A stretch of 64,000 nt of DNA from Vulcanimicrobiota bacterium (GTDB taxonomy: Bacteria; Vulcanimicrobiota; Vulcanimicrobiia; Eremiobacterales; Eremiobacteraceae): positions 352,001 through 416,000 of the forward strand of contig CAWDVP010000006.1 in the NCBI GenBank assembly GCA_963805945.1, read 5' to 3'. Within the stretch, counting starts at the first letter, position 1. Each line of letters starts with the position of its first letter. The notes beneath the pieces were generated by a model. The model was not told the origin of the DNA, searched no databases, and saw only the letters and a list, made by a program, of their open reading frames with translations. Of the stretch, positions 39,434 to 49,642 are shown in pieces. Made by a program: the position numbers and the translations under genes.

Positions 39434-41072
39434 TGGAGATCACGTAGTCGGAGGTGGGCTGTCCGCCGTAGTACGCCTCGACCGCCGCGGCGGGATAGGC
39501 GGCTTTCAGCGCCTCCGCCATGCCATCGGCCTCTTTGCGTTTGCGTGCATGGCCGTAGTACACAGTGATGAGCGATGGATGCTCGCCCGCCGTCTCGCGC
39601 ACCATCGCGACTGCGATGTCCGCCGCGGCCTCTCCTTTGACGAGCCGCTCCGCCTGGCCGTTGCGCGACTCGATCGCGCCGACGAGCTGGTTGCGCTCCA
39701 CCGCGACGCCTCCGATCTCCGCGTCGCGCCCGGCGCGGAAGATGGACCCGCTGCCGATGACCGTCGAAGCGGCGAGCGCGTCGTCGGGCGACACGCCGGC
39801 GTCGTCGGGCCGGCTCAGCAGGCCGAACATCGCGGCGATGCCGTCGGCGACGGTCCGCGTCGGCACGACGATGACCGTGCGCTCGGTGAGCGCGTCGACT
39901 TCCTTGGCGGCGAGGATGACGTTCTTGTCGTTGGGCAGCAGGTAGACGACCGGCGCGAGCACCTTGTTCACCGCCACGAGCAGGTCTTTGACCGAGGGGT
40001 TCATGGTCGCGCCGCCCATGACGACGACGTCCGCGCCGAGCTCCTTGAATATCTTCGCGAAACCCTCGCCTGGTGTGACCGCCACGATGCCGCGCGGCTT
40101 GGACTCGCGGTCGACGACGAGCACGTTGTGCTGCTCTTCCATGTTGTCGATCTTGAGCCGCGACAATTCACCGTGCTCGCGCGCCATGTCGGCGACCTTG
40201 TCGGGATAGTCGGTGTGGATGTGGACGCGGATCGTGCCGTCGCCGCCGGCGACGATGAGCGAATCGCCGTGCGGGGTGAGCAGCGCGCGCACCGCGTCGG
40301 CGTCGGCGGTCGCCTTGCCGATCACGAACTCGGTGCAGAAACGGTGCGTCTCGACCTTCTGCTTGGCGGTGAAGGTCGTGCGGCGCACCGGATTGCGCGG
40401 GAACGCGGTGGTGTACGGCGCGCGTCCGGGCAGCATCCGCAAGATGCCTTCGAGGAAGTAGACGAAGCCCTGGCCGCCGGCGTCGACGACCTTGGCCTCT
40501 TTGAGGACGGCGAGCTGCTCGGGCGTCTTCTCGAGCGCCTCGTTCGCCGCCGCGACGGTCGCGTGGAGCAGCGCGTAGAAGTCCTTCTCGCTGTACGAGG
40601 TCTTGGCGGCCGCGCTCGCCGCGGCGCCAGCAACGGAGAGGATGGTGCCTTCGACCGGTTTGAGCAGCGCTTTGCGCGCGGCTTGCACGCCTTCGTGGAG
40701 CGCTGTCGCGAACTCGAGGGTGGTGATCGATTCCCTGTGCCGCACTTCGTAGGCGAAGCCGCGGAACATCTGCGAGATGATGACGCCCGAATTGCCGCGG
40801 GCGCCCATGAGCGAGCCTTGGGCGGCGGCGGCGGCGACCACGCTCAAGTCCTTCGAGCGCTGCTTGTGCGCTTCGACCATAGCAGCGCGCACGGTGAAGA
40901 ACATGTTGGTCCCGGTATCGCCGTCGGGCACGGGGAAGACGTTCAGATCGTTGATGACCGAGCGATACTTACGAAGAAAGTAGGTGCCTGCCACGAGGAA
41001 GTCGGCAAACAGCTTTCCGTCGCAGTTGGTGATCTGGACCAAGCGATTCCCCTTGAAGCGGACCTCCACCAT
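39423..41072 (-). CDS. DAK2-domain fatty acid kinase subunit (FakA/YloV)
   Basis: [35 protein letters not shown]. Confidence 0.93.
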   Translation of the reverse strand: MVEVRFKGNRLVQITNCDGKLFADFLVAGTYFLRKYRSVINDLNVFPVPDGDTGTNMFFTVRAAMVEAHKQRSKDLSVVAAAAAQGSLMGARGNSGVIISQMFRGFAYEVRHRESITTLEFATALHEGVQAARKALLKPVEGTILSVAGAAASAAAKTSYSEKDFYALLHATVAAANEALEKTPEQLAVLKEAKVVDAGGQGFVYFLEGILRMLPGRAPYTTAFPRNPVRRTTFTAKQKVETHRFCTEFVIGKATADADAVRALLTPHGDSLIVAGGDGTIRVHIHTDYPDKVADMAREHGELSRLKIDNMEEQHNVLVVDRESKPRGIVAVTPGEGFAKIFKELGADVVVMGGATMNPSVKDLLVAVNKVLAPVVYLLPNDKNVILAAKEVDALTERTVIVVPTRTVADGIAAMFGLLSRPDDAGVSPDDALAASTVIGSGSIFRAGRDAEIGGVAVERNQLVGAIESRNGQAERLVKGEAAADIAVAMVRETAGEHPSLITVYYGHARKRKEADGMAEALKAAYPAAAVEAYYGGQPTSDYVISIER

Positions 41073-41119
41073 GTGGTATTATACCGTGGTCATTCTTGTT
41101 CTTTTGGAAGGAACCCCTC

Positions 41120-41311
41120 ATGGCAAAGCGTTGCGACGTGTGCGGCAAAGGGCCGGCATCGGGCAATAACGTCAGTCACTCGATGCGCAAGACGCGTCGC
41201 CGCTGGCTCCCCAATCTGCAGTCCGTCCGGATCAAAGAGCGCGGCACGGTGAAGACCGCCAAGGTCTGCACGGCCTGCTTGAAATCGCGCAAGGTCACCC
41301 GCGCGGTCTAA
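41120..41311 (+). CDS. rpmB: 50S ribosomal protein L28
   Basis: [31 protein letters not shown]. Confidence 0.97.
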   Translation: MAKRCDVCGKGPASGNNVSHSMRKTRRRWLPNLQSVRIKERGTVKTAKVCTACLKSRKVTRAV

Positions 41312-41327
41312 CTTTCACACGTCCTGT

Positions 41328-41394
41328 GTAGGGGCCGATCTTTAGATCGGCTCTTCGTCTTGGAAATGGGGTCGATCTGAAGATCGACCCCTAC
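41328..41394. repeat. Inverted REP doublet (REPIN-like), family B
   Basis: GTAG-GGGCCGATC-TTTA-GATCGGCTC ... GGGGTCGATC-TGAA-GATCGACCC-CTAC; last GTAG provides the thiL TAG. Confidence 0.85.
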
Positions 41395-42435
41395 ATCGGT
41401 CGCGCGAGCCGCGCCAGGTGGTCGTAGCCGGCAGGCGTCAGCGCCTCGCGTTTGCCGAGCCTCTCCAGCCATAGGTTCCCATCACCCGGCTCGAAGCGTC
41501 CGATCGCCACGAGCGGCGTGCCGAAGCGCTTTGCGAATCCCGCCGCGACATGCTTGAACGATCGCGGCTCCACCGCCGCAAGCAATTCGTAGTCGTCGCC
41601 GCCATGCAGCACGAGTTCTGGCGCGTCTAGATCTAGAGCCTGCGCCAGCTTCGTGCACGGCCTGATGCGGTGCGAGGGACGCGGCGTCAAGCACGAGATC
41701 CATCCCTGACGCGCGTCCCATGCGCGCCGCGTCCGTCGAGAGCCCGTCCGAGATATCCATCAGCGCGTTCACCGCGCGACGCGACGCGAGGTAGCGGCCC
41801 TCGCGCAGCCGCGGCGTCGGCGTGAGATACGCAGCGCGCAGAAATTCCGCCCCGGCGATCGCCCGCGTGCGTGCGGGGTCTGCGTCCAGCACGCGCAAGC
41901 CGGCAGCGCCGCAACCGAGCGGTCCCGTGATCGCCGCGACGTCGCCCGCCCGCGCGCCGGCGCGCGTCCGCAGCTGCGTGGGGCGCACTTCTCCGACGAC
42001 CGTGACGCCGAGCGTGAGCGCGGGCGCGCGCACGATGTCGCCGCCGGCGATCGCGCAGCGAGCGCTGCGCGCGAGCGTCGCAAGACCGCGATACAAGCCG
42101 CGCACCCATGCCTCATCCACGTCCGCGGTGAGGCCGAGCGCGACGACCGCTACCGTCGGCCAACCGCCCATCGCCGCGATGTCCGACAGATTTTCCGCCA
42201 GCGCTTTCCAGCCGAGCGCTTCGGGCGTGGTGGCGGCGGAACGGAAATGCACGCCATCGACGAGCATGTCGGTAGTGATGAGGCTGAGGTGGTGCGGTTT
42301 CGCCTTCCATGCGGCCGCGTCGTCACCGATACCGACGCGCAAGGTCCGAGGCGGATCGCCGAGCACTTCGACCATCGCCGCGACGAGATCGTCTTCGCGC
42401 AGCGGTTTCGGCGACGTCGTCTTCAGCGAGCGCAC
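41391..42435 (-). CDS. thiL: Thiamine-monophosphate kinase (frameshift near 41660)
   Basis: GIGDDAA, TDMLVDGVHF, NLSDIAAMGG, DISDGL, then GGDDYELL..GYDH in shifted frame. Confidence 0.9.
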
Positions 42436-43112
42436 GCTTCGCGCACTTGCGCTATGGTTTTGTCGGGCGCGTTCGTGCCGAAGATGCCGGCGCCCATCAC
42501 CACCGTGTCGGCTCCCGCGCGCCGCACTGCCGCGACGTTGTCGAGCGTGATCCCGCCGTCGACCTCGAGCTCGATCGCAAGTCCGCGTTCGTCGATGATC
42601 TTGCGCGCGGCGGCGATCTTGGCGGTCGACGTCGGCAGATACGATTGGCCGCCGAAGCCGGGGTTGACGCTCATGATGAGCAGCAGGTCGATGTACGGCA
42701 GGATGTCGTCGAGCACGACGAGCGAGGTCGCCGGATTCACCGAGAGGCCGGCGCGCACGCCGAGCTCTTTGATCTGATGGATGAGCCGCTGCGCGTGCAC
42801 GCTCGCCTCCCAATGCACGGTCACGATGTCCGCGCCGGCCTTCACGAAGTCGGCGACGTAGCGCTCCGGCTCGACGATCATGAGGTGCGTGTCGAAGGTC
42901 AGCGACGACAGCGGCCGCAGGTCGGCGATGATCTTCGGCCCCCAGGTGATGTTCGGCACGAAACGGCCGTCCATGACGTCGAGATGCAGATAGTCCGCAC
43001 CGGCGCCCTCGACGAGCGCGATCTGCGAGCGGATATCGGCGAAATTCGCCGACAGCAAAGACGGCGCGATCTTGACGCCGCCGCGCGGCGCGCCGTTGCC
43101 TCGTGGTGCCAT
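42423..43112 (-). CDS. rpe: Ribulose-phosphate 3-epimerase
   Basis: IAPSLLSA, HLDVMDG.FVPN, MSVNPGFGGQ, VDGG. Confidence 0.97.
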   Translation of the reverse strand: MAPRGNGAPRGGVKIAPSLLSANFADIRSQIALVEGAGADYLHLDVMDGRFVPNITWGPKIIADLRPLSSLTFDTHLMIVEPERYVADFVKAGADIVTVHWEASVHAQRLIHQIKELGVRAGLSVNPATSLVVLDDILPYIDLLLIMSVNPGFGGQSYLPTSTAKIAAARKIIDERGLAIELEVDGGITLDNVAAVRRAGADTVVMGAGIFGTNAPDKTIAQVREACAR

Positions 43113-43146
43113 GGATTCAGCGTTCTCGCCCGCTGCAGCAGTTTCC

Positions 43147-43647
43147 TCAGTTGCCTACGGCTATCGTGACCTTATTGGAAAGACCGCCAGAAGGCCGATA
43201 CTTCGCGACGATAGTGTAGGTGCTTGGCTGGGTGATCCGGTAACGCCAGAAAGAAATGGGAATGAAGGCCGAGCTCTCACCCGGTGCCGCTTCGGTGAGG
43301 GTTTGACCGGCCGGAAGAACGTATGGCTGACCATTCGATCGCACCGGATGGTCGACGAGGCCAGCATCAACTCTAAGGGCGCCGCCCTGCGCATCTGTGA
43401 TTATGAGCCGCACGCTGGTCGGAGCCAGACCGGCGTTAGACGTACCGATGGGGTTGTTTGAGACGTTGTGCACCTGCACCCGAACGCGCGGGTCATCACC
43501 CACTCTGTAGGCTAACCGGTCTGTTGACAGCGTGATCTGCAGTGCCTCCGAGTGTGTGCTCGCCTGCATGACCTGCTCAGCCGATCCTCTCGTAGCAGAC
43601 ATCAAGAGGATCATATAGGTGGCGCCGAGCCATAGCGGCTTTATCAT
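43147..43647 (-). CDS. Secreted hypothetical protein (Ig-like)
   Basis: Signal peptide; LSTDRLAYRVG..V.V.N..Y.I.A.Y; less GC-biased codons; start overlaps upstream stop. Confidence 0.65.
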   Translation of the reverse strand: MIKPLWLGATYMILLMSATRGSAEQVMQASTHSEALQITLSTDRLAYRVGDDPRVRVQVHNVSNNPIGTSNAGLAPTSVRLIITDAQGGALRVDAGLVDHPVRSNGQPYVLPAGQTLTEAAPGESSAFIPISFWRYRITQPSTYTIVAKYRPSGGLSNKVTIAVGN

Positions 43648-44759
43648 CAGAGCGGGGTCGTCGTCACCAGCGTGCCGTCGACGTAGGTCTGGATCGTTCC
43701 CGCGCCCGTCACCGTCACGTCGAACGACAGCGTGAAGCCGCCTGCCGTCGTCTGATCGTAGAGATCGCGCGATCCGGTGGCATCCACGAGCGCCACGCGC
43801 ACGCGTTTCGGAGTCTTGGAGCTGGGGAGTTCCACCGCGACCCGCAGCGAGCGCGCGCTCGGTGCGACCGTCGGTGAAGCGGTCGCCGCGGGCTGTTCCG
43901 TCGCCGCCGGCGTCGGCGAGCTCGCGGGCGATGGCGTATCGGTCGCGATCGGCTCCACGGTCGGTATCGGCGTCGCCGTCGCCGGCGGGCCGCCGCTCAC
44001 TTGCAACTGGATCTTCTGCCCGGCGAGCGGCTGGCCCGGCAGCGGATCCTGCGAGATGACGATGTCCTTGGGCTTGGCGTTCTTGGCGATCGGCAGCACG
44101 ATCGGCAGCGCCAGCGAGATGCCCGCTTGCTTCGCCGCCGACTGCGCGAACGCAAGACTCAACCCGACGAAGTTCGGCACGTACGATTCCGGACGTCCCG
44201 CCGCGACCGTGACGTCGACCTTCGAGCCTGACGGCGCGCTGGCGAACGCATCCGGATGCTGCGACAGGATGCGCCCGGCGGGCACCGCGGTGTTGTGCTC
44301 GGTCGTGACGGTGCCAAGTTCGAAGCGTGCGTTGCCGATCGCGACTTCGGCATCGCGCAACGACATGTTCGAAAGATTGGGGACCTCGCCGCTCGACGGA
44401 CCGTCAGACACGATCACTTCGACCACCCGGCCCTCGCGGACGTGCTCGCGGGCCGCGGGGAACTGCCCCACCACCTCGCCTTTGGCGACGCGGTCGTCCG
44501 GACGGTGCGCGATGACCCGCAGGCTGACGTGCGCCGCCGCGGCGGCGCGCTGCGCGTCGTCGAGCTGCTGGTGCGAGAAATCGGGCAATTCCACGGGGTT
44601 GCCCGAGGGCACGAGCATGCGGTACGCCGTCAGCGCGACGAGCGCGACGATCAGCGCGAGGACGCCGATCGCCATCGGCAGCGCATACGACCGGTCGACG
44701 CGTGCGGGAGCTTGTCGTACCGGCTGCCGAGGGCGCCGGCGAGGAGGCCCGCCGCTCAC
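43647..44759 (-). CDS. Membrane-anchored PASTA domain protein (no kinase domain)
   Basis: N-terminal TM, three PASTA repeats (LPDF, VPNL, VPNFVG), Pro/Thr linker. Confidence 0.88.
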   Translation of the reverse strand: MSGGPPRRRPRQPVRQAPARVDRSYALPMAIGVLALIVALVALTAYRMLVPSGNPVELPDFSHQQLDDAQRAAAAAHVSLRVIAHRPDDRVAKGEVVGQFPAAREHVREGRVVEVIVSDGPSSGEVPNLSNMSLRDAEVAIGNARFELGTVTTEHNTAVPAGRILSQHPDAFASAPSGSKVDVTVAAGRPESYVPNFVGLSLAFAQSAAKQAGISLALPIVLPIAKNAKPKDIVISQDPLPGQPLAGQKIQLQVSGGPPATATPIPTVEPIATDTPSPASSPTPAATEQPAATASPTVAPSARSLRVAVELPSSKTPKRVRVALVDATGSRDLYDQTTAGGFTLSFDVTVTGAGTIQTYVDGTLVTTTPL

Positions 44760-45517
44760 GCGAGGGCTTCGAGCACGGCGGTCGGGATGTCGGCGTTGGA
44801 AAAGACGCGGGTCACGTCGTCGTGATCCTCGAGCGCATCGAGCAGCTTGAGGACGGCAGGGGCTTCGGCCGCCGTCACCGTCACCGCGTTCTTAGGCACC
44901 AGTTCGAGCGTCGCAGAGGTGAGCGAAAGTGAGTGCGGCTGCAGCAGCGTGCGCTCGATGATCCCGCGCACCTGGCCAAGCGCCTGCGCGTGCGTGATGA
45001 TGTCGGCGCTGTCGCCCTCGGCCTGCACGTCGACGACCCCGTCGACGACGGCGCACTCAAGGAGTTCTTCTTCTGTGATGCCAGTGATGGGGACGACGAT
45101 GACGCCGCGCTCCTCGAACTGCCAGCCCACGGAGCCGGTCTCGCCGAGGTTGCCGCCGTTGCGCGAGAAGACGTAACGCATCTCCGATGCGGTCCGGTTG
45201 CGGTTGTCGGTCACCGCGTCGACGACCACCGCCACGCCGCTCGGGCCGAAGCCCTCGTAGCGCATCTCTTCGAGCGCGTCGCCCTTGCCCGCGCCGCCGG
45301 CGCGCGCGATCGCGCGCTTGATGTTCTCCATCGGCATGTTGTTGTCGCGCGCGTTTGCGACCGCCATCTTCAGCTTGAAGTTCGCCTCGGGATCGGGTGA
45401 CCCGGCGCGCGCGGCGACGATGATCTCTTTGCTCAGCTTGGTGAAGAGCTGGCCCCGCTGGGCGTCCACCTTGCCCTTCTTCAGCTTGATGTTATGCCAC
45501 TTGGAGTGACCCGACAT
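44756..45517 (-). CDS. YebC/PmpR family protein
   Basis: MSGHSKWHNIK, YEGFGPSG, TDNRNRT, LEDHDDV. Confidence 0.96.
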   Translation of the reverse strand: MSGHSKWHNIKLKKGKVDAQRGQLFTKLSKEIIVAARAGSPDPEANFKLKMAVANARDNNMPMENIKRAIARAGGAGKGDALEEMRYEGFGPSGVAVVVDAVTDNRNRTASEMRYVFSRNGGNLGETGSVGWQFEERGVIVVPITGITEEELLECAVVDGVVDVQAEGDSADIITHAQALGQVRGIIERTLLQPHSLSLTSATLELVPKNAVTVTAAEAPAVLKLLDALEDHDDVTRVFSNADIPTAVLEALA

Positions 45518-45521
45518 GCGC

Positions 45522-46256
45522 TTACGCCTGCGGCCGCTGCGCGGCCAACGCGGGGTTGAGCGACATGCCGAAGCGCAGCCGCAGGATATCGCGGATGGTC
45601 CGCAAGATGACCATCGGCGTCGCGCCCTTCGAGGCGCCCGTCGTGCGCGGATAGTGGTGCACGCCCACCTCGCTCACCGCGACGCCGCGCCGTTTCAGCT
45701 TGATGAGCAGCTCCGAGCTGATGAAGGCGCCGTTGGATTCGAGGTCGAGCCCATCGAGCGCCTCGCGCCGGAACATCTTCCAGGCGCAGTCGATGTCGCG
45801 GACCCGCAGGCCGAACATGGTGAACACCACCAGCCGATAGGTCTTGGCGATGAACAGCCGATGCCACGGATCGTTGCGCTTGATGCGATAGCCGGCGACC
45901 ACCGGCGCCGAGACGGCGAGCGCGAGCGTCGCCGGCAGCTCAGCCAAGTCGAACTGGCCGTCCGCGTCGGAGAAGAATATGAGGTCCTTGGTGGCGCTCG
46001 CGAAACCCGTGCGCAACGCGGCGCCGTAGCCTCTGTTGACACCATGCCGCACGAGCCGGACGTGCGGATCCTGCGCCGCGAGCCGCTCGACGATCGCGGC
46101 GGTGCCGTCGGAGCTGCCGTCGTCGACCACGATGACCTCATAGTCGCGTCCGCTCGCGCGCGCCGCCTCGAGCGCGTTGCCGACGGTGCGCTCGATGATG
46201 CCCTCTTCGTTGAACGCCGGGAAGAATATCGAGAGCGAAGGTCGCACGTCGGCCAT
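45522..46256 (-). CDS. GT2 glycosyltransferase (polyprenol-phosphate sugar synthase-like)
   Basis: FPAFNEE, VDDGSSDGT, NRGYG, DADGQ. Confidence 0.9.
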   Translation of the reverse strand: MADVRPSLSIFFPAFNEEGIIERTVGNALEAARASGRDYEVIVVDDGSSDGTAAIVERLAAQDPHVRLVRHGVNRGYGAALRTGFASATKDLIFFSDADGQFDLAELPATLALAVSAPVVAGYRIKRNDPWHRLFIAKTYRLVVFTMFGLRVRDIDCAWKMFRREALDGLDLESNGAFISSELLIKLKRRGVAVSEVGVHHYPRTTGASKGATPMVILRTIRDILRLRFGMSLNPALAAQRPQA

Positions 46257-46258
46257 GG

Positions 46259-49200
46259 TCAGATCCAGCCGATGCAGTCTTGCTTCTGGTCGGGCGCGCA
46301 GCCGCTCGGCAGCCACATGTGGTTCTTCCACGTCTCGTAGCGGATGGGCACCGCGCCGAGGATCGGATAGAAGTAGGCGAACATCACGATGCATAGCACC
46401 ACGTATGTGGGTATCGCCCAGCGCACCGCCCGCGGCCACGCGGGCTCCGCGTCCGGCCTGTTCGCCCAGCGCCACAAGCATAGCAGCGCGTAGGTGGTGC
46501 ATAGGCACACGAGCGCGGTGTTGTTGTAGATGTTGTATTGGAAGTCCACGCGCGGCGACCCGACCCAGGGCAGCCAGTGCAAGAACATCGCGGCGACGAC
46601 GATCAGCATTCCCTTGTGGCGTTGGCGCCACGCCAAGAACATCGAGACCGGCACCGTGATGAGCCCCGCCAGCCACACCGAAGGATTGGGCAGCGCGGTC
46701 ACCTCGCCGACGATCTGCACCGGATCCCCGACATGGGTGAAAGTGTGATAATAGTACGCCACCGGACGCACGTCGAGCGGCCACACCCACCACGGCGAGC
46801 CATAGATATGCGTCGCCTTGAGATCGTGGTGATACGCGTACATGCTGTGCTGCATGTTCAGCATGTCCTGGAACGTCCGGCCGATGCTGAAGTACGGGAT
46901 ATAGGTCAGCACGTACAGCGCGAACCCGAGGAACAAGATGCCGGCGAGCAGCAGCGGCAGCCGCGGACCCAGCGGATTGCCCCACAGCAGACGGCGCGGC
47001 AGGTCGACATCAAGCTTGAGGCTGTGGTCGCGCCAGCGCCAGTAGACCGGCAAGAATCCTTGCATCGTCACGAGCAGCGCGGCGAGCATGATCGTGGCGA
47101 GATCGAAGATGCCGTACCATTTGCACGCGGTGACGGCCCCCAGCGAGATGCCGGTGAGCACGAGCCACGTGCCCCACTGCTGCTTGTCGAAGAACTGGAC
47201 GCCCGCGACCGCGCCGCGCAGCGTGCCGTCCGCCTGCCAGCGCACCGCGACATCGCCTTCGGTGAGCGCGACGCCGTCCTGCGTGAAGCTCTCCTTCTGC
47301 ACGCCGTCGTCGGAGCTCGCGGCGCGCAGCGGCCGCTGTTGCCCCGAGGCGAAGGTGACCATGCCGCTTTCGACGACCGCGCCGTCGGGATACACCACCG
47401 TACGTCCCTCGCGCCGTTGCATCAAGAGCCGGCGCGCCCAGACGACGCAGAACGCCGCGAGCAACGCCATGAAGCCGAGGTAGATGTGCCACGAGATCTC
47501 CGGCGGGTGCTTGGCGGGATCGTAATACGCCACTTCGAGCGCGATGAACACGACGAGCGCCACGAACACGCCCACCGTGGCCCAATTCGAGGCGACGTCC
47601 GGATAGCCGCTGTCGCGCCGCACGATCTGGCCGGACGTGAAGAAGCGATACGAGCAATACAGCGCGCAGAGCGAGAACAGCGCGATGAAGATGTCGGGCA
47701 GCGCGGTGCGCGCCTGCACGAAGAAAAATCCGCTGCTCATCAGCAGCAGCGACGCGACGACGGCGGCGCCGGTGGACGAGAACAGGCGCTTCGCGAAGGC
47801 GTAGAGCACCGGGATGGTGAGCGTGCCGGCGATGGCGGAGGCGACGCGTGAACTGACCGGGTCGCCGATCTGGTTCTTCACGAAGAAGTCGCCGAAGCCG
47901 ACGCCGTTGCGCACCAGCCACGCGCCGAACGCCGGCAGGAATATCTGGAAGAACCATGACGTCGCCGCCATGCACAGCTTCACCAGCGGCGGGTGCGTCC
48001 ATTCGAAGACGTCCTGGTGCTGCAGATATTCCTGCGCTGAGCGCGCGAAGTAGATCTCGTCGAAGATGCGCTCGTTGGGCGCCGCGATGCGATAGAACAG
48101 CAGCAGCGCCGTCGCAGCGGTGAGGCCGAGGACGATCCAGCGGTCGAGGCGCGTGAGCCCGATGAGCCCCTCGAGCAGCTGCGGCGCGAGCCGCGGCGCT
48201 TTCTTCGCAGGCGGCGCCGTGAGCCAGCCCCGCACCCACACCTCGAGCTCCTCGACGAGATAGATGGCGGCGACCGCGAAGAAGCACAGCACGTTGACCA
48301 GCGACAGCGAGTGGACGAGCAGCGGGTTGAGATCGGCCGCGGGCGTCTTGAGGTAGTACAGCCCGTAGAACAGATTGACGATAAACGTGCTCGCGAGGGC
48401 CAGCGCGACGATGCGCTGCACCGCGCCCAGCGGGCGCGCGAAGACGACGAGCACCACCGCCGGGAAGATATAGCGCTCGTGCATGCGCGTGAGCAGCATG
48501 AAGTAGCCGAGCATGACGAGGAAGCAGGCGAACAAGAAGCTGTTCTCGGCCGTCTCGCGGCTCGCGTCCGAACCGGTCGTGCGCCATTGGCGCAGCGCTA
48601 TCGCCGTGGTGAAGCCGACGAAGATCGCGACGCCCCACGCCCACAGCGGCCCTAGCGCGCGGCCGAAGAGCATGACCGGCAGCAGGTCGGATTGCCAGAA
48701 GTCGTTCTTGACCGAGTAGAGGTTGAAGGCGTTGACCGAATTGTAGGGATAGCCGTCGCGGCCGCGCGCGTACGTGCCGTAGAGCCAATGCAGCAGCGCG
48801 ATGGGCGACTTGTCCGGCGCGAACAGCACCGCGCCCGCGTAGGCGACCGCGACCCCGATGAGCGGGATCGCGAGGAGCCGCCATGTGAGCCCTTGCCGCC
48901 GGATCTGCCATATCAGCAGCAGCGGCGCGATCGCGACCGGATGCGGCTTGATGAGCACCGCGAACGACAGCGCCGCCCACGCCCACTCGTAGCGGCCGGT
49001 GAGCGCGAGGTACATCGCCCAGATCATGAACACGACGGCGACCGAATCGGCCTGTCCCCAGTACGCGGAGAGGAATCCGATGTCGGGATTGAGCGCCGCG
49101 ATGATCGCCGCGCCGACCAGCGCGACCTGCGTCGACCACGAGCGCCGCATGATCAGGTAGACAAGATAGACGATGCCGACATCGGCGAGGATCGCCGGCA

Positions 49201-49591
49201 TCTTCACCGCGACGATGAGCGTGTCGAAGCGATTGGCGAGCGGCACGAGCAGGTGGTGGAAGCCGGCCGCCGCCCACAGGATGAGCATGTAGCCGGGCGG
49301 GTAATCGATGAAGCCCGCATGCGAGTAGAATCCGCCGGGGCCATATTTCGCCAGCGTGAGGAGCCACGATTCGAACGTGCTGATGTCGGCCGAATGGCCG
49401 ACGAGCAAGATCGGAAGCAGCCTTAAAAAGAACGCCGCCGCGCAGAGGGCGGCGATGTTCCTTATCTCTTTGATATCAAGCGGGCCGCCCGGAATGCCGG
49501 GGCCTGACGCAGTGGGCATCGCCGCCTGCGGGCGCCCATCGGCGCCGGCCTTTGCCGCAGCCTTAGACGCGGCGGGATTGCGCTGTGACAC
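46259..49591 (-). CDS. Fused GT-C glycosyltransferase plus protein O-mannosyltransferase (PMT/GT39)-like protein
   Basis: N-half DYPPGY, WGQADS, NAFNL, RMHERY; C-half FDEIYF..EWTHPPLVK, KW, HIYGSPWWVWPL..RP. Confidence 0.85.
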   Translation of the reverse strand: MSQRNPAASKAAAKAGADGRPQAAMPTASGPGIPGGPLDIKEIRNIAALCAAAFFLRLLPILLVGHSADISTFESWLLTLAKYGPGGFYSHAGFIDYPPGYMLILWAAAGFHHLLVPLANRFDTLIVAVKMPAILADVGIVYLVYLIMRRSWSTQVALVGAAIIAALNPDIGFLSAYWGQADSVAVVFMIWAMYLALTGRYEWAWAALSFAVLIKPHPVAIAPLLLIWQIRRQGLTWRLLAIPLIGVAVAYAGAVLFAPDKSPIALLHWLYGTYARGRDGYPYNSVNAFNLYSVKNDFWQSDLLPVMLFGRALGPLWAWGVAIFVGFTTAIALRQWRTTGSDASRETAENSFLFACFLVMLGYFMLLTRMHERYIFPAVVLVVFARPLGAVQRIVALALASTFIVNLFYGLYYLKTPAADLNPLLVHSLSLVNVLCFFAVAAIYLVEELEVWVRGWLTAPPAKKAPRLAPQLLEGLIGLTRLDRWIVLGLTAATALLLFYRIAAPNERIFDEIYFARSAQEYLQHQDVFEWTHPPLVKLCMAATSWFFQIFLPAFGAWLVRNGVGFGDFFVKNQIGDPVSSRVASAIAGTLTIPVLYAFAKRLFSSTGAAVVASLLLMSSGFFFVQARTALPDIFIALFSLCALYCSYRFFTSGQIVRRDSGYPDVASNWATVGVFVALVVFIALEVAYYDPAKHPPEISWHIYLGFMALLAAFCVVWARRLLMQRREGRTVVYPDGAVVESGMVTFASGQQRPLRAASSDDGVQKESFTQDGVALTEGDVAVRWQADGTLRGAVAGVQFFDKQQWGTWLVLTGISLGAVTACKWYGIFDLATIMLAALLVTMQGFLPVYWRWRDHSLKLDVDLPRRLLWGNPLGPRLPLLLAGILFLGFALYVLTYIPYFSIGRTFQDMLNMQHSMYAYHHDLKATHIYGSPWWVWPLDVRPVAYYYHTFTHVGDPVQIVGEVTALPNPSVWLAGLITVPVSMFLAWRQRHKGMLIVVAAMFLHWLPWVGSPRVDFQYNIYNNTALVCLCTTYALLCLWRWANRPDAEPAWPRAVRWAIPTYVVLCIVMFAYFYPILGAVPIRYETWKNHMWLPSGCAPDQKQDCIGWI

Positions 49592-49642
49592 GGCTACTTC
49601 GTTTCTCCCGAGGACGGCGTGAGAACCTGCTCCGTGGCGCGC

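Noticed and set aside
23700..41670. Pseudogenisation of macA-like, cysE, ispD, yacL-like and thiL genes
   Set aside because: Isolated single-base shifts in otherwise intact, conserved genes, some at short homopolymers; best explained as long-read consensus errors
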